A DNA stretch of 64,000 nucleotides from Deltaproteobacteria bacterium (GTDB lineage: Bacteria; Desulfobacterota; Binatia; JACPRU01): the NCBI GenBank assembly GCA_016189835.1, contig JACPRU010000065.1:260-64259 (forward strand), written 5' to 3'. How positions within the stretch are numbered: position 1 is the first letter of the stretch; every line of letters begins with the position of its first letter. The notes beneath the pieces are model-generated. The model was not told the DNA's origin and made no database searches. It saw only the letters and a program-made list of their open reading frames with translations. Shown piece after piece: positions 7,752 through 23,587 of the stretch. The position numbers and the translations under genes are program-made.

Positions 7752-8870
7752 CTACAGCGACCGCAGGGTCTCCCGCTCGATCTCCGCGATCTCGTCGCGG
7801 ATCGCCAGCGCCCGGCCGAGGGGCCGTCCGATCTGACGCGCGGACTCGAGGATCGCCTCGACGCGGTCGAGGACGTGGCGGAGCTTGGTCTGCACCTCGA
7901 GGACGGCGCGCGCGCGCAGCTCCCGCGTCTCCCACCCGCGCATCGCGTAGTCGCGCAGCTCCCGGCTCTGGAACAGCAGCTCCTGCACCTCGTCCTCGTG
8001 GCCCCGCACTAGCGCGCGCAGCGTGGCGCGCACCTCCGCCTGCTCGGCGGGGTCGCGCCACAGCACGTGCTCGAGGAACGGCAGGTCCTCCTCCGTGACG
8101 CTGTCGCGCCCGGCGAGCAGCGCGCGCGCGCGCAGCGCGGCGAGCGACTGGCGATAGCGCCGGTCGCTCGCCACGATCTGCTTGCGGCCGAGCTCGCGGC
8201 GCAGGTCGGCGATCTGGCGGAGCACGGCCGGCGGGACGGGCAGCCGGGCGGCGGCCTCCTGCAGCTCCGCGAGCGTCGCGAGCGGCAGCACGGTGCGCTC
8301 GGCGCTCGGTGCGGCCTCGAGCATGCGCAGGAAGCGGAAGTCCTCGCGCACGTAGCCGACCACGAAGCGCAGCAGGAACCGGTCGTAGAGCGCCGCCAGC
8401 TCGTCCTCCTCGGGCAGCTCGTTGGTCGCGCCGAACAGCGACACCAGCGGGACGTGCTCGACCGTACGGCCGTTGTGGAACAGCCGCTCGTTCACCAGCG
8501 TGAGGATCGCGTTCAGGATCGAGGAGTTCGCCTTGAAGACCTCGTCGAGGAAGGCGACGTGCGCCTCGGGCAGCTTGTGCGCGGTCACGCGCCGATACTC
8601 GTCGGCCTCGAGGCCCCTCAGGCTGACCGCGCCGAAGACCTCCTCGGGAGTGGTGAACTTGGTGAGGAGCCACTGGAAGTAGACCGCGCCTTCGATGCGG
8701 CGACAGAGCTCGTCGGCGAGCATCGATTTCGCCGTGCCGGGCGGGCCGATCAGCAGCACGTGCGCGCGCGAGAGCATCGCCACCAGCGCCCCTTCGATGA
8801 CCTCGGCGCGCTCGACGAAGGACTGCTCCAGCTCGTCGCGGATGCGGCTCAGCGTTTCGATCGGGGTCAT
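7752..8870 (-). CDS. RavA-like MoxR AAA+ ATPase
   Basis: GPPGTAKS, LLTKFTTPEEVFG, FLDEVFKANSSILNAILT, ATNELPE, LYDRF. Confidence 0.92.
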   Translation of the reverse strand: MTPIETLSRIRDELEQSFVERAEVIEGALVAMLSRAHVLLIGPPGTAKSMLADELCRRIEGAVYFQWLLTKFTTPEEVFGAVSLRGLEADEYRRVTAHKLPEAHVAFLDEVFKANSSILNAILTLVNERLFHNGRTVEHVPLVSLFGATNELPEEDELAALYDRFLLRFVVGYVREDFRFLRMLEAAPSAERTVLPLATLAELQEAAARLPVPPAVLRQIADLRRELGRKQIVASDRRYRQSLAALRARALLAGRDSVTEEDLPFLEHVLWRDPAEQAEVRATLRALVRGHEDEVQELLFQSRELRDYAMRGWETRELRARAVLEVQTKLRHVLDRVEAILESARQIGRPLGRALAIRDEIAEIERETLRSL

Positions 8871-8905
8871 CGCGCGCCTGCTTCCGAAGCTCGAAGCCTC
8901 GCGGC

Positions 8906-9187
8906 TCAGTCGACGCGCTCGATGTCGGCGGCGAGCTTGAAGTCGCGATCGGTGAGACCGCCCGCCGCGTGCGTCCAGAGCACGAGCGTCACCTCGCGAT
9001 GGTGAACGAGCATGTCGGGGTGATGGTCGGCGACCTCGGCGAGATCGGCGACACGATCGACGAAGGCGATCGCCTCGCGGAAACCGCCGAAGCGGAACTT
9101 CTTCTCGATCGTCCGGCCCTTGAGCTGCCAGCCGGCGAGCCCGGCCAACCGCTGGGCGATCTCTGCGGCGCAGAGCAATGCGGGCAT
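8906..9187 (-). CDS. phhB: Pterin-4-alpha-carbinolamine dehydratase
   Basis: AEVADHHPD...LWTHAAGGLTDRDF. Confidence 0.92.
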   Translation of the reverse strand: MPALLCAAEIAQRLAGLAGWQLKGRTIEKKFRFGGFREAIAFVDRVADLAEVADHHPDMLVHHREVTLVLWTHAAGGLTDRDFKLAADIERVD

Positions 9188-9238
9188 GGTCCGCGCATCC
9201 TAACGGGACCTGCCGGCAGCGACAAGGCGCCCGCGCGG

Positions 9239-9640
9239 CTAGGGCGCCACGGTGGACTGACCCGCGGCGTTCCAGCCCACGATGCCTTCGCTCATCACGC
9301 TGACGTCGCCGTAGCCCGCTTCGACCGCCCTCCAGGCGGCCTCGCGCGAGGCCATTCAATGCGTGTTGGCGCAGTAGAAGACCAGCTTGTCGTCCTTCGC
9401 CGGGGGCAGCTCGGCGACGTCGAAGTGGTTGGACGACGACAGCAGACGGGCGCCGGGGATCACGCCCTCGCGGCGGCGCACGCTCGGCGGATTGGCGTCG
9501 TAGATCCACAGCCGCTGCGGGCGGGCGGCGATCAGCGCCGCCAGGTCCTCGACGTGGATGAGCTGGAAAGCCCCGGCGGCGACGCCCGTACCCCACGAAG
9601 CGATGATCGCGATCAGTGCGGCGATCCGCGGCCCCGGCAT
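9239..9640 (-). CDS. Exported rhodanese-like protein, probable selenoprotein (TGA at 9356-9358 read as Sec)
   Basis: AGGAGG RBS and signal peptide; IYDAN...GVIPGA...LVFYCANTH-TGA-MASREAAWRAVEAGYGDVSVMSEGIVGW completes the rhodanese fold after the TGA. Confidence 0.8.
9317..9346 (-). promoter_or_regulatory. Candidate bacterial SECIS hairpin
   Basis: GGCCGCCU-GGA-GGGCGGUC stem-loop with a G-containing apical loop about 22 nt after the UGA, extendable by CGC/GCG. Confidence 0.6.
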
Positions 9641-9697
9641 GGCCCTCCTGTTAGCCCCGCGCGGGAGCCGAGGCAAGCCGCGCGGGCCGGGCGCGGG

Positions 9698-10455
<758 letters not shown>

Positions 10456-10459
<4 letters not shown>

Positions 10460-11238
10460 GCCGTTTCCCCGTCCTCGCCGAGATAGGCCTCGATCACCCG
10501 CGGATCGCCGCGCACCTGCTGCGGCGTTCCCTCGGCGATCACCTCGCCGTGGTCCATCACCACGATGCGCTGCGAGACGCCCATCACCACCCGCATGTCG
10601 TGTTCGATCAACAGCATCGTCAGGTCGTGCCGCTCGCGCAGCTCGTCCACCGTGTCGGCGAGCGCCGTCTTTTCGCTCGGGTTCATCCCCGCGGTCGGCT
10701 CGTCGAGCAGCAGCAAGCGGGGCCGGGTGGCGAGCGCGCGGGCGATCTCGAGCCGGCGCTGATCCCCGTAGGACAGATGATTGGCGCGCACCTCGTGCAC
10801 GCGCTCGAGGCCGAGCTCGGCGAGCAGCGCGCGCGCCTCGTCGCGCGCCTGCGCCTCGCACCGGGCGTGCGCCGCGGTGCGCAGCGTGGCGGCGGCCAGG
10901 CCGGCGCGCAGCGCCGAGTGGCAGCACAGCAGCACGTTCTCGTAGGCGGTCAAGTTGGCGAACAGCCGGATGTTCTGGAACGTGCGCGCGATGCCGGCGC
11001 GGTTCACCTGCGCCGGCCGGCGGCCGCGCAGGCTGCGGCCGGCGAACACCACCTCGCCCGACTGCGGCGGGTAGATGCCGGTCAGCATGTTGAACACGGT
11101 GGTCTTGCCGGCGCCGTTCGGCCCGATCAGGCCGACCACCTCGCCCGGCGCGATCCGCAGGTTGAGACCGGAGACCGCGCGCAAGCCCGCGAAGGCCACG
11201 GTGCAGTCGCGGGCTTCGAGCAGGGGCGGCGCGATCAT
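10456..11238 (-). CDS. livG: Branched-chain amino acid ABC transporter ATPase
   Basis: GPNGAGKT, GIARTFQNIRLF, LSYGDQRRLEIARAL, VIEAYLG. Confidence 0.93.
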
Positions 11239-12233
11239 GCCGCCTCCTCGCGCCGCCGGCGGCGCGCGAGCCAGGAACGGACCTCGAGCTCGCGGTCGCC
11301 GAGCACGCCCTGCGGTCGCGTGAGCATCAGCACGATCAGCAGGGCCGAGTAGATCACCATGCGATAGTCCTTCAGCGGCCGGAGCAGCTCGGGCAGCACG
11401 GTCAGCAGCGCCGCGGAAGCCACCGAGCCGGTCAGGCTGCCCATGCCGCCGAGCACCACCATGACGATGATCTCGATCGAGCGCAGGAACGTGAAGGAGT
11501 TCGTGTGGAGATAGGTGAGAAAGTGCGCGAACAGCCCGCCGGCGATGCCGGCGAAGAACGAGCCGACGAGAAACGCCGTCACCTTGTAGCGCGTGGCGTC
11601 GATGCCCATCACCTCGGCCGCCAGATCGTCCTCGCGCACCGCGAGAAAGGCCAGGCCCCGCGCCGAGCGCACCATGCGATGGACCGTGACGAGCGTGATG
11701 CCGACGAACAGGTAGACCCAGAAGAAGCCGGCGAGCGCCGGGATGTCGCCGAAGCCGCGCGCGCCGCCCACCACGTCGAGGTTCAGGATGATCACGCGGA
11801 TGATCTCGCCGAAGCCGAGCGTAGCGATCGCCAGGTAGTCGCTCTTCAAGCGCAGCGCCGGGATCCCGACGACGAGGCCGGCGCCGGCGGCCAGCACCGC
11901 TCCCGCGGCCAGCGCCGCCAGCAGCAACACCGCGTCGCCGACCGCCGCGCCGAGGATCGGATCCAGCGTCCCGTGCAGCGCGGCGCCGCCGTAGACGCTC
12001 ACCGCCGCGGCGGCGTAGGCGCCGATCGCCATGAAGCCGGCGTGGCCGATCGAGAAGAGCCCTGTGAAGCCGTTGATCAGATTCAGGCTGACGGCGAGGA
12101 TCACGTTGATGCCGATCAGCACCAGCACCTGGTAGTAGTAGGCGTTCAGGTGGCGATCGAGCAGCCACGCGAGCGCGCCGAGCGCGGCCACGGCGCCGGC
12201 GCCGCGCATCCACGGGCGGGCGAGCGGGGTCAC
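11235..12233 (-). CDS. livM: Branched-chain amino acid ABC transporter permease
   Basis: SLNLINGFTGLFSIGHAGF, LRLKSDYLAIATLGFGEI, VLGGMGS. Confidence 0.93.
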   Translation of the reverse strand: MTPLARPWMRGAGAVAALGALAWLLDRHLNAYYYQVLVLIGINVILAVSLNLINGFTGLFSIGHAGFMAIGAYAAAAVSVYGGAALHGTLDPILGAAVGDAVLLLAALAAGAVLAAGAGLVVGIPALRLKSDYLAIATLGFGEIIRVIILNLDVVGGARGFGDIPALAGFFWVYLFVGITLVTVHRMVRSARGLAFLAVREDDLAAEVMGIDATRYKVTAFLVGSFFAGIAGGLFAHFLTYLHTNSFTFLRSIEIIVMVVLGGMGSLTGSVASAALLTVLPELLRPLKDYRMVIYSALLIVLMLTRPQGVLGDRELEVRSWLARRRRREEAA

Positions 12234-13132
12234 ACCTTCTCCTCGAGCGAGGTGCCGAACAGCCCCGAGGGCCGCACCAACAGGACGACGATCAGGATCA
12301 CGAACGCGATCGCGTCGCGGTAGGTCGACGAGACGTAGCCGACCACCAGCACCTCGGAGAGCCCCATGAGGAGGCCGCCGGCCATCGCGCCCGGGATGTT
12401 GCCGATGCCGCCGACGACCGCCGCCACGAACGCCTTGAGGCCCGGCATGATGCCCATCAGCGGCTCGATCTTCGGGTTCGACAGGCCGACCAGCACGCCG
12501 GCCGCGCCGGCCAGCATCGAGCCGAGCACGAACGTGAGCGAGATCATGCGGTCGACGTCGATGCCCATCAGGCTGGCCGTCTCGGCGCTGTAGGACACGG
12601 CGCGCAACGCGGTTCCGACGCGCGTGCGGAAGACCAGGAACTGCAGCCCGAGCATCAACGTGAGGGAGACGCCGAGGATCAGCAGCTGCACGTTGGTGAT
12701 GACGATGCCGCTGCCCGGGGAGATCTCGCGGCTCTCGATCAGCTGCGGAAAGAACTTGGGATCGGGACCGAAGAAGAGCTGCCCGCCGTTCTCGAGCAGC
12801 AGCGAGACGCCGATCGCGGTGATGAGCGCCGTGAACTTCGGCGAGCGGCGCAGCGGCCGGTACGCCAGGCGCTCGATCAGGAAGCCGAGCAGGCCGCAGG
12901 CGGCCATCGACAGCGCGAGCAGCGCGAAGAACGCCGGCGCGGACGCCGTGCCGGGGGCGAGCAGCGCGCGGGCCGCGTAGTACGCCACCATCGCGCCGAT
13001 CATGTAGACGTCGCCGTGCGCGAAATTGATGAGGCGGAGCACCCCGTAGACCATCGTGTAGCCGAGCGCGATCAGCGCGTAGAGGCTGCCCCAGGCGATG
13101 CCGTTGACGACCTGCTGGAGAAACTCGTTCAT
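12230..13132 (-). CDS. livH: Branched-chain amino acid ABC transporter permease
   Basis: YALIALGYTMVYGVLRLINFAHGD, KAFVAAVVGGIG. Confidence 0.94.
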   Translation of the reverse strand: MNEFLQQVVNGIAWGSLYALIALGYTMVYGVLRLINFAHGDVYMIGAMVAYYAARALLAPGTASAPAFFALLALSMAACGLLGFLIERLAYRPLRRSPKFTALITAIGVSLLLENGGQLFFGPDPKFFPQLIESREISPGSGIVITNVQLLILGVSLTLMLGLQFLVFRTRVGTALRAVSYSAETASLMGIDVDRMISLTFVLGSMLAGAAGVLVGLSNPKIEPLMGIMPGLKAFVAAVVGGIGNIPGAMAGGLLMGLSEVLVVGYVSSTYRDAIAFVILIVVLLVRPSGLFGTSLEEKV

Positions 13133-13264
13133 GCCCGTTCCGCCCCGCGCGATCGCACGGCCGGCGCGGTGACCCGCGAGCGAGCCGATGAAGATCGGCT
13201 TGGTCCGGACTCGTCGCCGTCCACGGCGCCGACCTTCATCGGCTCGCTCGCGGACGCCATCCGC

Positions 13265-14398
13265 TCAGGGCTCCACTTTTTGGAAGAACTTGACCTTGCC
13301 GCCGTCGATCTTCAGCACGACGAGCGACTTGCGGGCGTTGCGCTGCTCGTCGATGGTGATCTTGCCGGAGATGCCGGGAAAGTCCCGGGTGGCGGCGATG
13401 GCGTCGCGCAGCTTCGCGCCCTCCGTCGTGCCGGCGCGCCGGATCGCGTCGGCGAGCACCTGTGCCGCGTCGTAGCCGAGCACGGCCATCGCGTCGGGGA
13501 CCTCGAAATGCTTGCGGCGGTACTTCTCGATGAAGCTCTGCACGGCCTCGGTGGGGTCGTCGGCGGCGTAGTGGTTGGAGAAGTAGCAGCCGTCGACCGC
13601 GGCCCCGCCGATCTCCACCGTGCGCGGCGAGTCCCAGCCGTCGCCGCCGAGCAGCGGCACGGCGATGCCGAGCTCGCGGGCCTGGCGGGCGATCAGGCCG
13701 ACCTCGGTGTAGTAGCCGGGGACGAACACCACCTCCGGACGGACCGCGCGGATCGCCGTCAGCTGGGCTTTGAAGTCGATGTCGCCCTCGGAGTACGAGA
13801 CGTCGGTGAGGATCTTGCCGCCCTCGCGGAGGAACTCGTCGCGGAAGAAGTCGGCGAGGCCGACGCTGTAGTCGTTCTTCACGTCGCGCAGGATCGCCGC
13901 GGTCTTGGCGCCGAGGGTCTTCATCGCGAACTTCGCCATCGTCGAGCCCTGGAAGGGATCGATGAAGCAGACGCGAAAGATGTGATCGCCGACCTGCGTG
14001 ACCTTGGGGTTCGTCGAGGCGGGAGAGATCATCGGCACGCCGGCGCGCTGGCACTCCGGAGCGGCGGCCAGGCTGCGCGAGCTCGCCACCTCGCCGAGCA
14101 CGGCGACGACGCGGTCCTGCTTCAGCAGCTTCAAGACGGCGGTGCGCGCCTCCTCGGGCTTACTCTGGTCGTCCTCGACGACCACGCGGAGCGTCTTGCC
14201 GAGCAGGCCTCCCGCGGCGTTGATCTCCTCGACGGCGAGCTGCACGCCCGCGTCGCTCGACCGGCCGAACGTGGCGGTGCCGCCGGTCAGCGAGGCGAAC
14301 TCGCCGACCACGATCTCGTCGGCGCGGTTGCCCTCGCAGGCGCCGAGCGAAAGCGCGGCGACGAGGCCTGCGATCAGTGCCGGAACGCACCGGATCAT
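13265..14398 (-). CDS. Branched-chain amino acid ABC transporter substrate-binding lipoprotein (LivJ/LivK-like)
   Basis: Lipobox LGAC, ISPASTNPKVT, FRVCFIDPFQG, LGGDGWD. Confidence 0.92.
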   Translation of the reverse strand: MIRCVPALIAGLVAALSLGACEGNRADEIVVGEFASLTGGTATFGRSSDAGVQLAVEEINAAGGLLGKTLRVVVEDDQSKPEEARTAVLKLLKQDRVVAVLGEVASSRSLAAAPECQRAGVPMISPASTNPKVTQVGDHIFRVCFIDPFQGSTMAKFAMKTLGAKTAAILRDVKNDYSVGLADFFRDEFLREGGKILTDVSYSEGDIDFKAQLTAIRAVRPEVVFVPGYYTEVGLIARQARELGIAVPLLGGDGWDSPRTVEIGGAAVDGCYFSNHYAADDPTEAVQSFIEKYRRKHFEVPDAMAVLGYDAAQVLADAIRRAGTTEGAKLRDAIAATRDFPGISGKITIDEQRNARKSLVVLKIDGGKVKFFQKVEP

Positions 14399-14439
14399 GG
14401 GATGGCTGTTCTCCTGCAAAGAGCGACGGGCGCGGTCGA

Positions 14440-15195
14440 CTACGTGGTGCCGGGGAACTGGCCGCCGTCGACGTCGAGCGTCACCCCGGTCACCCAACCG
14501 GCCGCCGGAGAGGCGAAGAACACCACCGCGTTGGCCACTTCCTCCGGCGTTCCCATGCGCCCGGAGGGAATCGTGGCGACGATGCCGTTGTACATCGCCG
14601 GGTCGTTCTTGTGCACCATCTCCCAGAAGCCCCCGGGAAAGTCGATCGAGCCGGGCGCCACCACGTTGACGCGGATCTTCTTCGGCGCCAGCGCGGCCGA
14701 CAAGGTCTTCGAATGGCTGATCATGGCCGCCTTCATCGCCGCGTAGGCGGGCGGCTGGCCGGCGAGGCGGCCCGAGATCGACGAGATGTGGAGGATCGCT
14801 CCGCCGCCGGCCTTCTCCATCCAGGGGGCGACCTTCCACGTGGCCCGCACGGCGGCCATGAGGTCGATCTCGTAGGATGCCTTCCAGCCGGCCTCGTCGT
14901 CGGCGAGGGCGAAGGCGGAGGGATTGTTGATCAGCACGTCGACGCGGCCGAGCGCCTGCGCCGCGCCGTCGAGAAACGTCTCGAGCTGCTTCGCGTCGCC
15001 GACGTCGCAGGCCGCCGCGTGCACCCGGACGCGCTTCGCCCGCAGCTCCTCGGCGACCTTCTGGAGGCCCTCGGCGCCGCGCGCGCAGATCGCCAGGTTC
15101 GCGCCCTCGGCGGCGAACGCCTGGGCGATCGAGCGTCCGATGCCGCGGCTCGCGCCGGTAACGATCACTCCCTTGCCGGCCAACTGAAGGTCCAT
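14440..15195 (-). CDS. Short-chain dehydrogenase/reductase
   Basis: TGASRGIG, YAAMK, IRVNVVAPG. Confidence 0.93.
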   Translation of the reverse strand: MDLQLAGKGVIVTGASRGIGRSIAQAFAAEGANLAICARGAEGLQKVAEELRAKRVRVHAAACDVGDAKQLETFLDGAAQALGRVDVLINNPSAFALADDEAGWKASYEIDLMAAVRATWKVAPWMEKAGGGAILHISSISGRLAGQPPAYAAMKAAMISHSKTLSAALAPKKIRVNVVAPGSIDFPGGFWEMVHKNDPAMYNGIVATIPSGRMGTPEEVANAVVFFASPAAGWVTGVTLDVDGGQFPGTT

Positions 15196-15306
15196 GGCTC
15201 GCCTTCCTTTCTCGACGGGCGCAACGGCTCGCCGACCCCGAGGCGAGTATCGGAATCGGTGGGGAAATCCAAGCGGCTTGCCCGCCCCGGCGGCCGCGCC
15301 GTCGCC

Positions 15307-20871
<5,565 letters not shown>

Positions 20872-21019
20872 AGACGGCGGACTATAACAGCCGTGCCGGC
20901 GAATGGAATCGGGAAGAAATCCTCGCGTGAATTTTTCGAGTGCTCGCCCGGTGCTCCTCTGCTATCATCCGTCGCAGAGTCGCTGCCCAGTCGGGGAATC
21001 GGACCGCGCGGAGGGTGAG

Positions 21020-21223
21020 ATGAACAGAGGACCGAGGCCGATGCGGGAGGACGTTCCGAACGACGCGCCGCGGGCGGGAGACGCCGTGGACGCGACGACG
21101 ATTCTCGACAACGTCGTTCGTCTCGATCAGATGCTCGATGAGAGCACGCGCCGAGAGCTCGCCGCGCTGCCCTATCTCGAGCTTTCGAAGCACCTGAAGA
21201 TCAAGAAGACGGGCTCGGACTAG
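21020..21223 (+). CDS. Small hypothetical protein (60-67 aa)
   Basis: GGAGG before ATG 21020 (alternative start ATG 21041); protein-like segment ILDNVVRLDQMLDESTRRELAALPYLELSKHL. Confidence 0.55.
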   Translation: MNRGPRPMREDVPNDAPRAGDAVDATTILDNVVRLDQMLDESTRRELAALPYLELSKHLKIKKTGSD

Positions 21224-21987
21224 CGCCGCAGCCACGCCTCGGCGCGCTCGAGATCCTGCGGCGTGCCGACGTCGCTCCAGAAGCCTTCGAGCGGGAAGGC
21301 ATGAACCGCGAGACCGGCGGCGATCATCGCGGCGATGGCCTCGGGAATCTCGTACTCGCTGCGCGGCGACGGGCGCACCGCGGCGGCATGCTCGAACACG
21401 GCGGAGGAGAACACGGCGATGCCCGCGTTGTTCCAGTGCGTCGCGGCGGTGCCGGGGGGCGGTTTCTCGACGATGCGCTCGATGCGCCCGTCCTCGCCGA
21501 CGTACACCGCGGCGCCGCGGCACGGGTCCTCCACCCAGTTCACGCCGAGCAGGCCGTCGGCCCGCAGCGCGGCGAACTTCGCGAGCATCGACGGGTAGTT
21601 GCTCCGCTCGGTCAGGATGTCGCCCCAGGCGAGCACGAAGGCGCGGGAGTCGACGGCGTCGCGGGCGAGCAGCAGCGCGCGCGCGGTGCCGTCCCGCACC
21701 TCCTGGCGCCGGTAGGCGATCCGCACCGCGAAGCGCCGGCCGTCCCCGAAATACCTCTCGATCCGCTCGGCCCGGTAGCCGGTGACGAGCACGAACCGTT
21801 CGATCCCCGCCGCGCGCAGGGCGAGCAGGATGTGCTCGAGGAGCGGTCGTCCGGCGACCGGCAGCATCGGCTTGGGGAGGCTCTCCGTGAGACCCTTCAT
21901 GCGGGTCCCCCGGCCGGCGGCGAGGATCACGCAGTCGCGAACGGCGCGGGGCTCGCTCGGGTGCCGTTCCCGCTCGCGCGCGGCCAT
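21220..21987 (-). CDS. Stand-alone sugar-phosphate nucleotidyltransferase
   Basis: ILAAGRGTRM...PKPMLPVAGRP, DGTARA, IVEKP, WSDVGTPQD. Confidence 0.92.
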   Translation of the reverse strand: MAARERERHPSEPRAVRDCVILAAGRGTRMKGLTESLPKPMLPVAGRPLLEHILLALRAAGIERFVLVTGYRAERIERYFGDGRRFAVRIAYRRQEVRDGTARALLLARDAVDSRAFVLAWGDILTERSNYPSMLAKFAALRADGLLGVNWVEDPCRGAAVYVGEDGRIERIVEKPPPGTAATHWNNAGIAVFSSAVFEHAAAVRPSPRSEYEIPEAIAAMIAAGLAVHAFPLEGFWSDVGTPQDLERAEAWLRR

Positions 21988-22084
21988 GGAGCGATCCTGC
22001 TTGACGGCCGACGGCGGTGCAAGCGTCGACTCCAAGTTGCCCTTGTCTCGAAAAACGGGTGGGATTATTGTGGTCTTTGGGCTC

Positions 22085-22612
22085 ATGGGCGAAGGCCATA
22101 CGGGCAAGATCTACTTTCTCAGCGAACGAGGGCGCCGGTCGACGCCGCGCGTGGTGCGCAAGCGCAGCGAGCCGCCGAGCGGCTCGCCTCCCGAGGGCCG
22201 CCGGCCGTCTCCTCAGGAGACCACCTGGCTGTCGCGCGCGCTGTTCATCGAGGGAATGTATTTCACGCTGCTCTGGCTCGCGGAGGGAACGGACTTCTTC
22301 GCCTTCGAGCCCGACAGCCCGCTCCGCCAGTGGATCTATTCGTTCTTCCCCGCGGAGATCTTCGTCGCGGCGATGGCGATTGTCGGCGCCTACCAGCTCC
22401 AGCGCCACGCCGGCGAGCGAGACGTCTTCCCGCTCGTCGCCGCAGGGGGCCTGGTGTTGCTCGCGCTCGAGCGCCTGACGCTGCTCATCGCCGGCGGCTT
22501 CCGCCACGACCTCACGCCGGGCGAGCGTCTGGAGATCACCGCCATGGGGATCTGCATGTGCGTCGGCGTGTGGACGGTGTCGCACTCCCTCCGCTACCGG
22601 GCGGACCGATGA
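22085..22612 (+). CDS. Hypothetical membrane protein (about 4 TM)
   Basis: Four hydrophobic stretches; first gene of the DUF58/VWA cluster. Confidence 0.7.
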   Translation: MGEGHTGKIYFLSERGRRSTPRVVRKRSEPPSGSPPEGRRPSPQETTWLSRALFIEGMYFTLLWLAEGTDFFAFEPDSPLRQWIYSFFPAEIFVAAMAIVGAYQLQRHAGERDVFPLVAAGGLVLLALERLTLLIAGGFRHDLTPGERLEITAMGICMCVGVWTVSHSLRYRADR

Positions 22613-22624
22613 CGGTGTGAGCCG

Positions 22625-23581
22625 TTGCCGGTGCTGCGCGACCGGTTGTCGTTGCGGCGATCCGCCGCGATCACCGAGGACCCGTTCGACCCGGGTCTGT
22701 TCTCGATGATCGATCGCATGCGGCTGCGGATCACCCGAGCGTATGGGGCTCGCGCGGGGGAGACGCCGGTGCGCGGCCTCACCCAGGAGTCGGGGATCGA
22801 GATCGAGAGCTTCAAGACCTACGCGCCGGGTGACGACATCCGGTACGTCGATTGGAACGCCGTGGGGCGGCTCGACCAGCTGCTCACGCGGCGCTTCGTG
22901 GCCGAACGTGAGATCCCCGTGCACCTGCTGATCGACGCCAGCGCCTCGATGGCGACGCCCGCGGCGGATCGCAAGTTCGCCTTCGCCGTGCGGCTGGTGG
23001 CCGCGCTCGCCTACATCGCGCTCAATAACAACGATCCGGTCCGCGTGGCGGCGCTGCATCACGGGCCCGCCGGACCGCAGGTGATGGAATCGCCGATGCT
23101 CCACCATCACGGTCGGTTCCTGCGCTTGAAGCCCGTGCTGGCGGACCTCGCGGCTTCGGGGCGGACGGCCCTGCTGGAGGGCGTCACCCAGTACCTGGGG
23201 CGTCACCGCGAGCGCGGGGTCGCTCTGCTGGCGTCCGATTTCCTGGTGCCCGCCGAGGTCTACGAGACGGCGTTGTCTCGCCTGCTCGCCCACCGTCTGC
23301 AGGTGCACGCGATCCAGGTGGTCGGCGAGGAGGAGCGGGATCTCGGTCGCACGGGCGGCCGTCTGCGGCTGCGGGACGTCGAGACCGGAGCGACGCGCGA
23401 GATCGTGCTGTCGGCGGCGCAGCGCCGGCGCTACGCCGCCGCGTTCGCCGAGCGCATCGAGAAGATCCGCGGGTTCTGCCACGGCGCCGGGATCGGTCAC
23501 GCCGTGGTCTGCCCGCGCGACGGCGTCGAGCATTGCTTGACCCAGATTCTCTCCGTCTCGGGGATGTTGCGGCTGCGCTGA
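22625..23581 (+). CDS. DUF58 family protein
   Basis: YAPGDDIRYVDWN, LLIDASASM, LLASDFL. Confidence 0.92.
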   Translation: MPVLRDRLSLRRSAAITEDPFDPGLFSMIDRMRLRITRAYGARAGETPVRGLTQESGIEIESFKTYAPGDDIRYVDWNAVGRLDQLLTRRFVAEREIPVHLLIDASASMATPAADRKFAFAVRLVAALAYIALNNNDPVRVAALHHGPAGPQVMESPMLHHHGRFLRLKPVLADLAASGRTALLEGVTQYLGRHRERGVALLASDFLVPAEVYETALSRLLAHRLQVHAIQVVGEEERDLGRTGGRLRLRDVETGATREIVLSAAQRRRYAAAFAERIEKIRGFCHGAGIGHAVVCPRDGVEHCLTQILSVSGMLRLR

Positions 23582-23587
23582 GCGACG

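Noticed and set aside
20872-21019. LexA/SOS box upstream of uvrA
   Set aside because: No match to the E. coli, Gram-positive or Myxococcus-type boxes could be recognised.
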